This document shows positions 28,137 through 38,158 of a DNA stretch of 64,000 nt, one piece after another. The translations under genes and the position numbers were made by a program. Positions within the stretch are counted from its first letter, which is position 1. Each line of letters opens with the position of its first letter. The DNA comes from an archaeon (GTDB lineage Archaea > EX4484-52 > WAPT01): contig JAPDKB010000007.1 of NCBI GenBank assembly GCA_029258795.1, positions 160,001 through 224,000 of the forward strand, written 5' to 3'. The notes under the pieces were generated by a model. That model did not search any database. It had not been told where the DNA came from and saw nothing but the letters and a program-made list of their open reading frames with translations.

Positions 28137-28805
28137 TTAACTCTTTGCTTTTTCACCAACAAATTCGCAGTAATCATCACCCATTGCCTCGCATTTGGTT
28201 TCCCTCACCACTATTTCCTCCCCTACAAGCTCGGACACCACACCTCCCACAACTCCAGCTATGAAATGACATACTGGCTCTTTTGCTTTTATACCGTTGT
28301 TGCGGTAATATGCCGCTACGAACGTGTTCCTTATTCTAGCTATGTAGTGGTGGTTATCGGTATCGAAACAGACAATGTCTGTGTTGCCCAAGAAGCCCGA
28401 GTGCTTCCCGTATCCAACAATTTTTGCACACATCTCGAATGGTGTATCTCCCTTTATTTTCTCCAAGGTTTTCAGGTCGAAACCGCTCTTGAGGAGAGCG
28501 AGTGCAGCCCCGCCCATACTCTTTGATGAACGCTTGAACATGACCGCTATATTTTTTCCGGCGTTGTAACCAAAGTCATACGTCATTCTTTTCGTCATGG
28601 CCTCTCCAACGAACTGTTCCAGAGCCTTGACCACATCGTGAAAAATTACATAATTAATAAGAACGAATCTTCTTCCATGATATTCTATAACTCCATTCTT
28701 ATCGGGCTCGATTGGGGTTAATTTGGGGGCAAGAGCGTAAAATGCTTCTCTAATCTCCGCAAATCTTTTCATCTCCTCTTCAGGAAGCTGTTTATACTCT
28801 GGCAT
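28137..28805 (-). CDS. Stand-alone V4R domain protein
   Basis: GRRFVL, YDFGYNAGK, PVCHFIAGVVGG, ETKCEAMGDDYCEF. Confidence 0.85.
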   Translation of the reverse strand: MPEYKQLPEEEMKRFAEIREAFYALAPKLTPIEPDKNGVIEYHGRRFVLINYVIFHDVVKALEQFVGEAMTKRMTYDFGYNAGKNIAVMFKRSSKSMGGAALALLKSGFDLKTLEKIKGDTPFEMCAKIVGYGKHSGFLGNTDIVCFDTDNHHYIARIRNTFVAAYYRNNGIKAKEPVCHFIAGVVGGVVSELVGEEIVVRETKCEAMGDDYCEFVGEKAKS

Positions 28806-29204
28806 GCGACCACCCTGCTCTTCGAAAACCTGTTATATCCATATTTTCTCGAAAGTCGTATATATAGATTGCAGTTCGATGATTGCTGAACAAAAATCAC
28901 ATTTTTCACCCGTAAACTGAGGTCAAAATCCATAGCAGAAGTTCAGCACCACCCACCATTGCAATAAAAACAGGCACCTGTTGGAAGTAATGCTTATTTT
29001 GTCTTTTCTGTTTATCCGTAGTCCGATTAGGAAGGTGACGCAGAATGCGACCAAAAAAAGAAAATAGAGACAAAGTGTACTGCTGTGATGAAGTATCATG
29101 AGAATTTTTTGTGTGATTGCAGGTTATGAAAATTTTTAGAAAAATCAAAACAAGATAGATTGATAAAAATTTCCGGCTGAAATCATGTGGTACAATTGTA
29201 GAAG

Positions 29205-29786
29205 GTGAAGGGTGTGGACATCGAAGGCATTATATCAAGACTTCTCGCGCTCGGAGCTGATCTGAGCACGAGAGGGGCTGTTAAAAAAGCTCTGAAAGGA
29301 ATTGTGGAGGATGATGAAGCACTCGACCAAATTTATGTGGCCATAAAGAATCGAGCTTATCGAGAGGCATTTTCCAGAGTGCCGGTAAATAAGAGAGCTG
29401 TGTTCCTTCCGGCATGCCTGAGAAACTCGCAGAAGTGCAAAGCTGAAATGACACCTGAAGCGGGTTATGTTTGCAAGAGATGTGGAGCATGCGTGATAAA
29501 AGATCTGGTTGAGTTTGCTGAAAAGCTGGGATACAAGCACATTTATGTTGTGCCGGGAGGAAGTCTGGTAATGAAAATAATCAAGAGAGGTCTGAAAAAT
29601 CGAGAGATACTTGCGGCTTTGGGTGTTGCATGCACAGCAGAACTTGTTGAAGCATCGGAGAAGCTGTCCATTTTAGGGTTGCCGCAACAAGGAGTCCCTC
29701 TGCTGAAAACAGGTTGTGTGGATACTCTGGTTGATAAAGAAGAGGTTATGCGCGTTCTTGAACTCGGGGTTGATGAGAAAAAATGA
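29205..29786 (+). CDS. DUF116 family protein
   Basis: FLPACLR...C.A......C..CG.C, VPGGS, GVAC..EL, GCVDT. Confidence 0.85.
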   Translation: MKGVDIEGIISRLLALGADLSTRGAVKKALKGIVEDDEALDQIYVAIKNRAYREAFSRVPVNKRAVFLPACLRNSQKCKAEMTPEAGYVCKRCGACVIKDLVEFAEKLGYKHIYVVPGGSLVMKIIKRGLKNREILAALGVACTAELVEASEKLSILGLPQQGVPLLKTGCVDTLVDKEEVMRVLELGVDEKK

Positions 29787-29793
29787 AATGAAA

Positions 29794-31002
29794 TCAGCTT
29801 AACTTTTTGCCACTCCAAACCCTCAGCTTTCTCAGGAAGAGCAGATATCCTGCCAAAAACCCTGCAAGTGTGCACAGCGCATATATGAAAATCACTTCCT
29901 TCGGAGCCAGATATCTGAGCATCACACCTGTTATGAATGCTGCCCCCGCTCCGGTCAAAGTATCGTAGGCCTGAAAATATCCCAGATATTCTCCTCTCAG
30001 CTTGCTGGGTATGTGGAGCGTTTCTATTCTTGCTATTGAAGGACCATTAAATGTTTTGCCAAGGGAAAGGAGTAATGCTCCTGTCACAAAAACCAGTATA
30101 TTTGGAGCAAGAGCCATGATGAGAAAGGACAGGCAGTACAGCGTGAACGCTATCTTTAATCCTGTCACTGCTGAATGCTTGTCCACAAATCTTCCTGAAA
30201 GTGGGAGAGCGAACATGGCTATCACACCCATAAGCGAGAACACCAGTCCTGTGTAAAAATCGGAATGAGTCATGGCGTAGATTGCAAAAGGGAACACTAT
30301 CGGCTCCATCGCCCAGTGGGATTGAGTTATACCCTCCGTGAAAAACCGGAAGAAAAGGAAGGGATTGGAGGTTATATCTCCTAGAGATTTCCGCATGGTT
30401 TGATTGTGAGGTGGTGTTTGTGCACCATCCTCCTCCCTGTACTCGCGGAAGACCCGTATTACAAGAAGTGCGATCAAAAGATAAACAGCCGGAAGCATAA
30501 AGTAAGGAGCCCTCAACCCGTAAACATCAGCAACGTATCCTGAAAAGAGCGCACCACAGCTTCCCGCTATGGATTGAGCTGAGAATCTGTAGCCGGAAAG
30601 CTCCGCAATGTTCTTCCTCTTTTTTACCATATCCTGAAAAATGGCGTTTATCATTAGTCCCATGGTGGCTGATGAAAACGCCCAGACAGCCCTGCCAGCC
30701 GCGTACTGAAACGCGTTGTGGGAAGTAGCATAGATGATGGGAAAGATGAGGCCAGCAATGACTCCCACCATGGTGGTGCGTTTCTTTCCCCATTCAACGC
30801 TCTTCCGCCCTACATAAATTGAAAAGAAGAAGGACAGCAAAGTTCCAAGAGAGAATATTGCACCAACAACTCTTGTATCATTGCAGATCGAGTTTATGAA
30901 CCTCGATTCTATAGGGGCAAGCAAGGATCCTGCGAAGACAGAAAGTGATGAAATGAGGATCAAGATAATTACGGGTGTGGCTTCTGAGTTCTTACTTTCC
31001 AT
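29794..31002 (-). CDS. MFS transporter
   Basis: About 12 TM helices, motif-A-like GRFVDK, LRGEYLG. Confidence 0.85.
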   Translation of the reverse strand: MESKNSEATPVIILILISSLSVFAGSLLAPIESRFINSICNDTRVVGAIFSLGTLLSFFFSIYVGRKSVEWGKKRTTMVGVIAGLIFPIIYATSHNAFQYAAGRAVWAFSSATMGLMINAIFQDMVKKRKNIAELSGYRFSAQSIAGSCGALFSGYVADVYGLRAPYFMLPAVYLLIALLVIRVFREYREEDGAQTPPHNQTMRKSLGDITSNPFLFFRFFTEGITQSHWAMEPIVFPFAIYAMTHSDFYTGLVFSLMGVIAMFALPLSGRFVDKHSAVTGLKIAFTLYCLSFLIMALAPNILVFVTGALLLSLGKTFNGPSIARIETLHIPSKLRGEYLGYFQAYDTLTGAGAAFITGVMLRYLAPKEVIFIYALCTLAGFLAGYLLFLRKLRVWSGKKLS

Positions 31003-31053
31003 GTTGTGAAAATGTCACAAACATTTATATATACCTTACTTAAAATTTAGTGT

Positions 31054-31896
31054 ATGCGTTATCCCGTGGCACAGGGTTTCTATCCGTGGAGAAAGAACGA
31101 GCTTCTAAAAATGCTTGAAGCTCTTTTCGAGAAAGCGGAGAAGAAGGACGTGGGCAACATAATTGGGGGTGTTGTGCCCCACGCGGGCTATGTTTACTCC
31201 GGACTCACGGCAGCGCACTTCTACAAAAACATCAGGGATAGTTATGATGTTGTTATCATTCTCGGCACAAATCATACCGGACTTGGAGAAAAAGCAGCCA
31301 TCTCCCGAGAGCCATGGGAAACTCCGCTTGGTACGGTGGAGGTCGATCTCGAGCTTGCTGATGCCTTAATGGACGCATGTCACCACATAAAAGCTGATGA
31401 GCTAGCTCATCTCTATGAGCACAGCATTGAGGTGCAGCTTCCGTTTCTTCAGTACAAGCTGAAGGATTTCAGGTTCGTGCCAATCACGATCATGAGCAAC
31501 GGTAACCCTGCTTTCTACATGGAAATTGGAAAAGCGATTCACTCTTGCTTAAAAGGGGTGGATGCTCTGGTTATAGCAAGTTCAGATTTCACGCATTTTG
31601 GAGAAGGGTATGGGTTTGTGCCCACAACATCTGACCCCCTTCAATGGGTTAAGAAAACGGATTTGAAGGCGGTGGATGCCATAATTGAGCTTGATGACAT
31701 GGAGTTCCTCTCCATAGCAAAATCCACCACGATATGCGGGGCTGGAGCAATAGCAACCCTCATAAATGTTATGAAAGAGGAGAAGGCAAAGGGCACACTC
31801 CTCCATTACTCCACATCTTACGATGTTTCTCGGAAGAAGGACATCATAGTGGGTTATGCTTCTGTGGGTTTCGTGAAGGAAAGAAAAAAGAAATAA
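31054..31896 (+). CDS. MEMO1 / AmmeMemoRadiSam protein B
   Basis: PHAGYVYSG, GTNHTG, EHSIEVQLPFLQ, ASSDFTH, TICG, VGYAS. Confidence 0.92.
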   Translation: MRYPVAQGFYPWRKNELLKMLEALFEKAEKKDVGNIIGGVVPHAGYVYSGLTAAHFYKNIRDSYDVVIILGTNHTGLGEKAAISREPWETPLGTVEVDLELADALMDACHHIKADELAHLYEHSIEVQLPFLQYKLKDFRFVPITIMSNGNPAFYMEIGKAIHSCLKGVDALVIASSDFTHFGEGYGFVPTTSDPLQWVKKTDLKAVDAIIELDDMEFLSIAKSTTICGAGAIATLINVMKEEKAKGTLLHYSTSYDVSRKKDIIVGYASVGFVKERKKK

Positions 31897-31930
31897 GCCG
31901 ATTTAATGCTGAGAAAGGAGGTGTAACGTT

Positions 31931-33247
31931 ATGAAGGTGTATGCTATTGGCGGATATAACGAAGTGGGCAAAAACATGACTGCTGTTGAGGTTGATGGAG
32001 AGGTTGTGATATTCGATATGGGTTATTCAATGGAGAAGATAGTTGCGATGGAGGATGAGGAGAGGGAAGCTTCAACTTCTACCATGATAGAGATGGGCGC
32101 CATACCCGATGACTCGGTGCTGAAGGGCAAGAAAGTTGTGGGTATCGTTGTTAACCACGGCCATCTTGACCACTGTGGAGCCATTCCTAAACTTGCGGAA
32201 AAATACGGATGCAAAATTTACGCAACTCCGTACACCCACGAGGTGATTAAGAAACTGCTGGATGATGAAGGTAAGGGATACATGAGGAGCTTGCTTTACC
32301 CGATGGAAGCCGGTGAGACCGTTGAGCTCAGCCAGAACATCCAGCTGGAGTTCGTGCACATAACCCACAGCATCCCGCAAACGGTGCTTTCCGTACTCCA
32401 CACAAAGGAAGGAGCGGTGGTTTACGCGAACGATTACAAGCTGGATGATGAGCCCACGCTTGAGAAGAAGCCGGACTACAGAAGGATAAAAGCCCTAGGC
32501 AAAGAGGGTGTAAAGCTCCTGATTTCGGAATGTGTGCGCGTCACCGAGCCATCCATAACTCCTCCGGAGAGAGTGGCTAAAAATCTCGTGAGATATGCGC
32601 TCAACAAAGCTTATGATTATGAAAAGTCTGCCGTGATAATCACAACGTTCGCATCCCACATCGCGAGGTTGAGAAGCATAATAGAGGAGAACAAGGGAAG
32701 AAGAAAGATTGTAATGGTTGGTAGATCCCTCGATAACTACGTGGTGCCGGCAGCACAGCTCGGTTTGATTGATGCAAGCGGGATAAGGATTTTTGGGAGG
32801 AAGAGAGGAATCAAGAAAACCATGAAAAAAGTTGCCGAAAATCCGGAAGAGTATCTTGTGATATGCACAGGCAATCAGGGTGAGGAGAACTCCGTGCTGT
32901 GGAGGATGGCAAGGAAGCAGTACGAGTTCCGCATAAGGAAGGATGATGTCGTCATTTTTGCCTCGGAAACCATACCCCATCCGATAAACAGGGCAAGCAA
33001 GTACATGGTGGTTGAACTTCTCAAGGAGCAGGGTGCAAAGATAATAGATGGGGTTCATGTTTCAGGACATGCGAGAAGAGAAGACCATCGCGAGCTCCTC
33101 AAAATGCTCAGTCCTGAGTACGTCATACCGAGCCACGGAGAAACGGAAAGACTTGCAAGCTATGCTGCCATGGCGCTGGAAGAGGGATACAAAATAGGGG
33201 ATACTGTCAGGATTCTGTATAATGGGGCAATTACCGAAATAAAATAA
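31931..33247 (+). CDS. rnj: Ribonuclease J (beta-CASP)
   Basis: GGYNEVGKNM, HGHLDHCG, HSIP, TTFASHIAR, TGNQGE, HVSGHA, PSHG. Confidence 0.93.
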   Translation: MKVYAIGGYNEVGKNMTAVEVDGEVVIFDMGYSMEKIVAMEDEEREASTSTMIEMGAIPDDSVLKGKKVVGIVVNHGHLDHCGAIPKLAEKYGCKIYATPYTHEVIKKLLDDEGKGYMRSLLYPMEAGETVELSQNIQLEFVHITHSIPQTVLSVLHTKEGAVVYANDYKLDDEPTLEKKPDYRRIKALGKEGVKLLISECVRVTEPSITPPERVAKNLVRYALNKAYDYEKSAVIITTFASHIARLRSIIEENKGRRKIVMVGRSLDNYVVPAAQLGLIDASGIRIFGRKRGIKKTMKKVAENPEEYLVICTGNQGEENSVLWRMARKQYEFRIRKDDVVIFASETIPHPINRASKYMVVELLKEQGAKIIDGVHVSGHARREDHRELLKMLSPEYVIPSHGETERLASYAAMALEEGYKIGDTVRILYNGAITEIK

Positions 33248-33276
33248 TGTAAAGAACGAAGGAAAAGGTCTCTGGA

Positions 33277-33498
33277 TTACCACTCTTCATCCTCTTCATC
33301 GAAGAAGTCCTCGTCCTCCTCTCCAAAGCCGAGTTCGTCTTCATCCAGCTCTTCATCCCATTCCTCGCTTGTCTCGAAGATGCAGTCCTCACAGAGCTCC
33401 TGCTCAAAGTCCCCGCAATCCTGGCAGAAGAGCACACCGCACATCTTGCACTCCTTAACCTCGCTTACTTCTTCCCCACAAATTTCACAAACAGGCAT
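33277..33498 (-). CDS. Small 8-Cys zinc-finger protein with highly acidic tail
   Basis: Four CxxC pairs, then EEWDEELDEDEL...DEEDEEW; GGTGAGG RBS. Confidence 0.7.
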   Translation of the reverse strand: MPVCEICGEEVSEVKECKMCGVLFCQDCGDFEQELCEDCIFETSEEWDEELDEDELGFGEEDEDFFDEEDEEW

Positions 33499-33667
33499 GT
33501 AACCTCACCCGCGCACCTGCGTGGTTGATATAAAGCATGAGCAAACATTTTTAAAGGTTTCTTTATGTGTGAAGATGGGCTTCGGCAATGAATGAACTTT
33601 CCATATATTTTTAACGGCATGCTGGTGACATTTAAATTTAAAAGTTAACCAACAACACCTCATTTAT

Positions 33668-34429
33668 ATGGCAAGTGAGATCAACTTCCGCTTCTTGAGG
33701 GAGCTTCAAAGAAAGGAGAGGGAGAACGCTGAGCTTCAGAAGCTTCCTGATGATTTTCTTGATCAGCTCAGAACTTACATAAAGAGGAAGGTTGATCTCC
33801 TTTCCAAACCCGAAATGCTAACCTTCACTGAAAAGAAGGAGATAGAGAATTTGAAGCCGGTCATAAAGTACATCTTTGACAAAAGAGAACAGAAGATTGT
33901 GATTTCTGCACTGCGTGCCGCGAGGACGGGAATAAAGCCGAAGAACATGCTGCCACATGAGGAAGCTCTGTTCAACGCGCTTAAGACGGAGATAGTCAAA
34001 AACCGTCTTCTGCTGGATGATCTTCTGATGTTAATAGATCCCGCACACCGGAGTGTGGTCCATATCGAAATAACGGAGGAAAAAAGGGTGGAGGAGGAAA
34101 TTGAGAAGAGTGAGGAGGAAAAAGGTGAGAGTGTTGCAAAAGAGGTTGAAATGGAGAAGAAAGTAAGCGAGGTGGAGAAGGAGAAAAAGGAAGCGTATGA
34201 AGTAAAAGAAGAAAAAAAGGAAAGCGAGGTAGAGGAGAAAGAGCAGAAGGGAGAAATTGCTGTTGGAGATGTTGTGGTGAGGGTTGAGATAATCAAGGAT
34301 GTTCCTGCATTCATTGGAATAGACCTCAACAAGTATGGCCCATGGAAAAAGGGGCAGGTGGTTGCGCTTCCTGAAAAAATAGCAAAAGCGCTAATAAAAA
34401 CGGGTAGAGCCAAGGAGCCGGAAGGTTGA
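33668..34429 (+). CDS. DNA replication complex GINS protein (Gins51-type)
   Basis: LRELQRKERE..ELQKLP.DF, REQKI, C-terminal B domain DVPAFIGID...YGP.KKG..V.LP...A..LI..G.A. Confidence 0.85.
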   Translation: MASEINFRFLRELQRKERENAELQKLPDDFLDQLRTYIKRKVDLLSKPEMLTFTEKKEIENLKPVIKYIFDKREQKIVISALRAARTGIKPKNMLPHEEALFNALKTEIVKNRLLLDDLLMLIDPAHRSVVHIEITEEKRVEEEIEKSEEEKGESVAKEVEMEKKVSEVEKEKKEAYEVKEEKKESEVEEKEQKGEIAVGDVVVRVEIIKDVPAFIGIDLNKYGPWKKGQVVALPEKIAKALIKTGRAKEPEG

Positions 34430-34518
34430 GCTGTTGGTAGGGTGTAACACTTTTTGAGTGGGCCCTCCAAAAAACTTATAAAATTTAGCAATTAGGATTA
34501 GGTTATTGTTGTTCTGGG

Positions 34519-34836
34519 GTGGTTAAAATTAAGATGCCTAAGGAAATTAAGAGGCACTGCCCGTACTGTAAGAAGCACACAGTCCACAAAGTGGAGGTTG
34601 TGAAAACCGCTGGTAGAAGGAAGACATCCTCGCTGAAAGCAGGTACAAGATATAGAAAGAAGAAGCTGGAGAAGGGTTATGGTAGCTCTCCTTATCCCGT
34701 CATAGAACACGGAAGAAAACACGGCTCCAAAACAACAAGGAAGGTGTGTCTCAAGTTCAAATGCTCTGAATGTGGAAAAGCCCACATGATAAAGAATGCA
34801 CAGCGCTTCAAGAAGTTTGAGGTAGCTACCCAATAA
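34519..34836 (+). CDS. rpl44e: 50S ribosomal protein L44e (eL42)
   Basis: MPK....CPYC.KHT.H.V, K.T.K..L...C.ECGK.H. Confidence 0.95.
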   Translation: MVKIKMPKEIKRHCPYCKKHTVHKVEVVKTAGRRKTSSLKAGTRYRKKKLEKGYGSSPYPVIEHGRKHGSKTTRKVCLKFKCSECGKAHMIKNAQRFKKFEVATQ

Positions 34837-34850
34837 ATTGGTGATGCCGG

Positions 34851-35036
34851 ATGGTCGGCAGGTTTTTGAGGGTGAAATGCTACAAGTGCAATAACGAGCA
34901 GAACATATTTAGCAAGCCAGCAATGGAGGTGAGATGCCTTGTGTGCAATGCAGTGATAATGCAAAACACAGGAGGCAAGGGTAAGCTTCAGAACGCCAGG
35001 GTGCTTGAAGTGCTGGACAAGGATGTGCTGGGGTGA
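34851..35036 (+). CDS. rps27e: 30S ribosomal protein S27e
   Basis: FLRVKC..C.NEQ.IF......V.C..C......TGGK. Confidence 0.95.
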   Translation: MVGRFLRVKCYKCNNEQNIFSKPAMEVRCLVCNAVIMQNTGGKGKLQNARVLEVLDKDVLG

Positions 35037-35074
35037 TGTGAGCTCCTTCTCTTAAACCAATCTTATGGTGGAAC

Positions 35075-35605
35075 ATGCCTGTCTATGAGCCACGTGAGGA
35101 CTCTTTTTTCATGGCAGAGTTTCTGAAAAAGAACGGAAAGCTTGGCACAATATGTGTGGATGTTGGAACCGGGAGCGGGATTCTTACGGAAACTCTGGCT
35201 GAGAAATGCGATGTTGTGGTGGCAAGCGATATCAGTAGGGAAGCGTTGAGTTATGCAAAAGCGCGGATGAGGAAAAATAACGTTTTCTTTGTGCTCGGAA
35301 ATCTGATGGATTTTGTGAAGCGCTGCGATGCGGTGGTTTTCAATGCTCCGTATCTTAGCAGAGAGGAAGGGGAGGGATACGATATTGCTACCCACCACCA
35401 GATGCCTGATGGGAGAGATGTGCTTGAGGAATTCATAAAATCGCTCTCCTGCACAGATTTTAAGCGAGCATATCTCCTCACATCCACCCAGACGGATAGA
35501 ACACGCATGGAGAATGCAATTCATGCTCACAAGATGAAGGCAAAGGTGGTTGCGAGGAAGCGCATCTTTTTTGAGGAGTTGGTGATTGAGGAGATAACAA
35601 AATAA
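35075..35605 (+). CDS. HemK2/Mtq2-like methyltransferase
   Basis: VYEPREDSF, DVGTGSG, FNAPYL (NPPY variant), FFEEL. Confidence 0.85.
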   Translation: MPVYEPREDSFFMAEFLKKNGKLGTICVDVGTGSGILTETLAEKCDVVVASDISREALSYAKARMRKNNVFFVLGNLMDFVKRCDAVVFNAPYLSREEGEGYDIATHHQMPDGRDVLEEFIKSLSCTDFKRAYLLTSTQTDRTRMENAIHAHKMKAKVVARKRIFFEELVIEEITK

Positions 35606-35664
35606 ATAAATTGACCATTTTAAATTCACCTGAACACAGCACTGTTCTAACTGCTTGCTGCGTG

Positions 35665-36795
35665 ATGCTCATGAGCTCGCTTGAGGAAAGGATAAAACAG
35701 GTGGAGGAGGAAATAAAGAAAACTCCTGTGAACAAAGCTACTGAAGCGCATCTTGCAAAGCTGAAGGCAAAGCTTGCAAGATTGAGGGAGGAGCTGGAGC
35801 TCAATAAAGCAAAGAAAAAGGCGTCGAGAGCCAGAGAGGGTGTGAAGAAAACCGGGGATGCCACTGTCGTTCTTGTGGGTCCTCCCTCAGTCGGAAAGAG
35901 CAGTTTGCTCAACAAGCTTACGGATGCGGAGTCAAAAACAGGAGATTACGCTTTCACAACCACAACCATCATTCCCGGTATGATGGAGTATAAGGGTGCC
36001 AAAATCCAGTTTCTGGATATACCCGGACTTATAAGCAATGCTGCCAGCGGAGTGGGTGGTGGTAAAGAAATCCTCTCCTATGTCAGGATGGGAGACATAC
36101 TTCTGATCATGGTGGACGTCTACACCTACACCATGATCAACGAGATCATGAAGGAGTTGTACGCTGCGGGCATCAGAATAAACGAATCACCGCCGAAGGT
36201 CAAGGTTGTCAAAAAGGATGGGGGGTCCATTCAGATTTATTCCCGGGTTAATTTAACAAACATCAGCGAGGAAATGATAAAATCCGTGCTCCATGAGTTC
36301 AAGATACACAATGCTGAGGTGGTGGTGGAGGAAGACATAACTGTTGAGAGGTTTATAGATGCTCTTGCAAGAAACAGAGCTTATCTCAAGGGGCTTGTGG
36401 TGGTGAATAAAATAGATATGGTTGGAAGAGAAGAAAGGGCTGAGATTGAGGAATGGCTGAAAAAGAAGTTTGATGGTGGGATGGATTACATCCTTGTTTC
36501 TGTGGAGACGGGCGAAGGGCTTGAGAAACTCAAGGAAATGGTATACAAGCTATGCGACTTCATAAGGATATATACCAAAAAGCCGGGTGAAGCACCAAAC
36601 CTGAAGGAAGCAATGATAATGAAGCGTGGCTCCACAGTTAGAGATGTGTGCGAGAAGATAAGGAGCGATTATGTTGAAAGGTTTAAATTTGCGCGGGTTT
36701 TCGGTAGCTCTGTTAAGTTTGATGGGCAGCGCGTGGGGCTTGACCACGTGCTGGAAGATGGAGACATAGTTGAGTTAAACGTCAGCCGTGTATGA
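35665..36795 (+). CDS. DRG-family GTPase with TGS domain
   Basis: NKATE.H...LKAKLA, GPPSVGKS, YAFTT, DIPG, NKID, QRVGLDH.L.DGD. Confidence 0.93.
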   Translation: MLMSSLEERIKQVEEEIKKTPVNKATEAHLAKLKAKLARLREELELNKAKKKASRAREGVKKTGDATVVLVGPPSVGKSSLLNKLTDAESKTGDYAFTTTTIIPGMMEYKGAKIQFLDIPGLISNAASGVGGGKEILSYVRMGDILLIMVDVYTYTMINEIMKELYAAGIRINESPPKVKVVKKDGGSIQIYSRVNLTNISEEMIKSVLHEFKIHNAEVVVEEDITVERFIDALARNRAYLKGLVVVNKIDMVGREERAEIEEWLKKKFDGGMDYILVSVETGEGLEKLKEMVYKLCDFIRIYTKKPGEAPNLKEAMIMKRGSTVRDVCEKIRSDYVERFKFARVFGSSVKFDGQRVGLDHVLEDGDIVELNVSRV

Positions 36796-36798
36796 TCG

Positions 36799-37221
36799 CT
36801 AATCCTCTTCACTGTCCTTGCTTTTTTTCTTTTTCTCTTTTTTGTAGTTCTTATCGCGCTTCTCCCCACCCCCCTTGATTAATCTGCTCGCTGATTTGAT
36901 AACTGAAGCGATAATCCTGAAGGGCAACAACACCAGCTTTAGCGTGAGAGCTCCAGCTTTGATGACAGTAACCGTGGTTTTGAAAAGGAGGTAAATGAGG
37001 TATAAGCTTCCAGCAAGAATTGCATAGTACAGTATTGTCTGAATGCTTATAACGACATTCATGTGCATCACATATTTGAGGAAGAATGGGAACATGGCTC
37101 CAAGGAACATGAATATGATTGCTCTGGATACCACTTTGAAGATAACATACGCTGCTATCAGAAACAGGAGGAAAAACAGTAAAAGAGCTGGTTCTATCGA
37201 ATTGAAAATCTCCGGAATCAT
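36799..37221 (-). CDS. Membrane protein with basic C-terminal tail
   Basis: Three hydrophobic segments; GGTGA RBS. Confidence 0.65.
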   Translation of the reverse strand: MIPEIFNSIEPALLLFFLLFLIAAYVIFKVVSRAIIFMFLGAMFPFFLKYVMHMNVVISIQTILYYAILAGSLYLIYLLFKTTVTVIKAGALTLKLVLLPFRIIASVIKSASRLIKGGGEKRDKNYKKEKKKKSKDSEED

Positions 37222-37245
37222 GGCGCCTGTACCTCTAATTCACCT

Positions 37246-37992
37246 TTACCCTCCTATGTTCGGCATTATAAGCAAGTTGGGTCTGTAGGTGGCCTTGCCC
37301 TCCAGAATTATGCGCGTGCCATTTATGATCATATCGCCCTCAAATCTGTCAAGAGTGATTTTTCTCGGGCCCTCTATTCTGTGCGTGATGGATTCCTTCT
37401 CCCATGAAAGAACCACAGTTCCCTCAACATTCTGGAGATTCAGGTTGGTGATGGTGACGTTTTTCATCTGGATGTAAAGGAATGGTAAGGAATAAGCTTC
37501 AAGCCGGATCGGGTTTTTCTTTGATTTGAAAGATATTGTTGTTGAGCTTATCTCTTCCGCTGTGCCGTCCAACTCCACACCATCACTAATCATCAGGTTT
37601 CCTGTATAGCTTTTCAATTCAACCTGACTGAACGGGTGGAGTTCCAGCTGGAACGGATTTCCGATGAGCTGGCTCACCTCCATACTTCCCTGCTCTCCGC
37701 CAATAAGGATTGTGATGGCAGTGGAAGACGCGATTTGAAGCTCCTGCACACTGCTCATCCTTGTTGTTAGATTGGTCTGAATGTAAGATTTGGACGGGTT
37801 TGATAAGTAATGGGTGAACAACCCGGTAAACTTTCCGAACAGTCCGGAGACTGAGCCAGAGGGGAGAGAAGGTAAGCTGAATGATGGAGCATGCTGAAGA
37901 ACGACATTAAACACACCTGCAAGCATGAATATTAATCCAAGGAAAAGAAATGCAATGGATTTTGAATTCATGACATCACGCCCCTTAGCCAC
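37246..37992 (-). CDS. Membrane-anchored hypothetical protein (beta-rich extracellular part)
   Basis: N-terminal TM/signal segment, Ser/Pro linker, NxT sequons. Confidence 0.6.
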   Translation of the reverse strand: MAKGRDVMNSKSIAFLFLGLIFMLAGVFNVVLQHAPSFSLPSLPSGSVSGLFGKFTGLFTHYLSNPSKSYIQTNLTTRMSSVQELQIASSTAITILIGGEQGSMEVSQLIGNPFQLELHPFSQVELKSYTGNLMISDGVELDGTAEEISSTTISFKSKKNPIRLEAYSLPFLYIQMKNVTITNLNLQNVEGTVVLSWEKESITHRIEGPRKITLDRFEGDMIINGTRIILEGKATYRPNLLIMPNIGG

Positions 37993-38158
37993 TTTATCTT
38001 TCTCTTCTCCTTTTTATTTGAGGTTTAAATGCTTAAATAAATTTTATCACGCATTCGAAACAACGCTTTGAATGTATCAGAAGTTTTTGCTCTGGCTAAT
38101 TCTTAAAAAGTTATCTGCATCCTATAAGTGTAGTTAAGTAACTGGAGTGTGATGTGAA

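Noticed and set aside
28806-29204. 400-bp intergenic region with an 80-aa minus-strand ORF
   Set aside because: No RBS, family motif, RNA boxes or repeat structure recognised
34075-34255. Purine-rich GAG/AAG low-complexity stretch
   Set aside because: It encodes the Glu/Lys linker of GINS; not a separate repeat element
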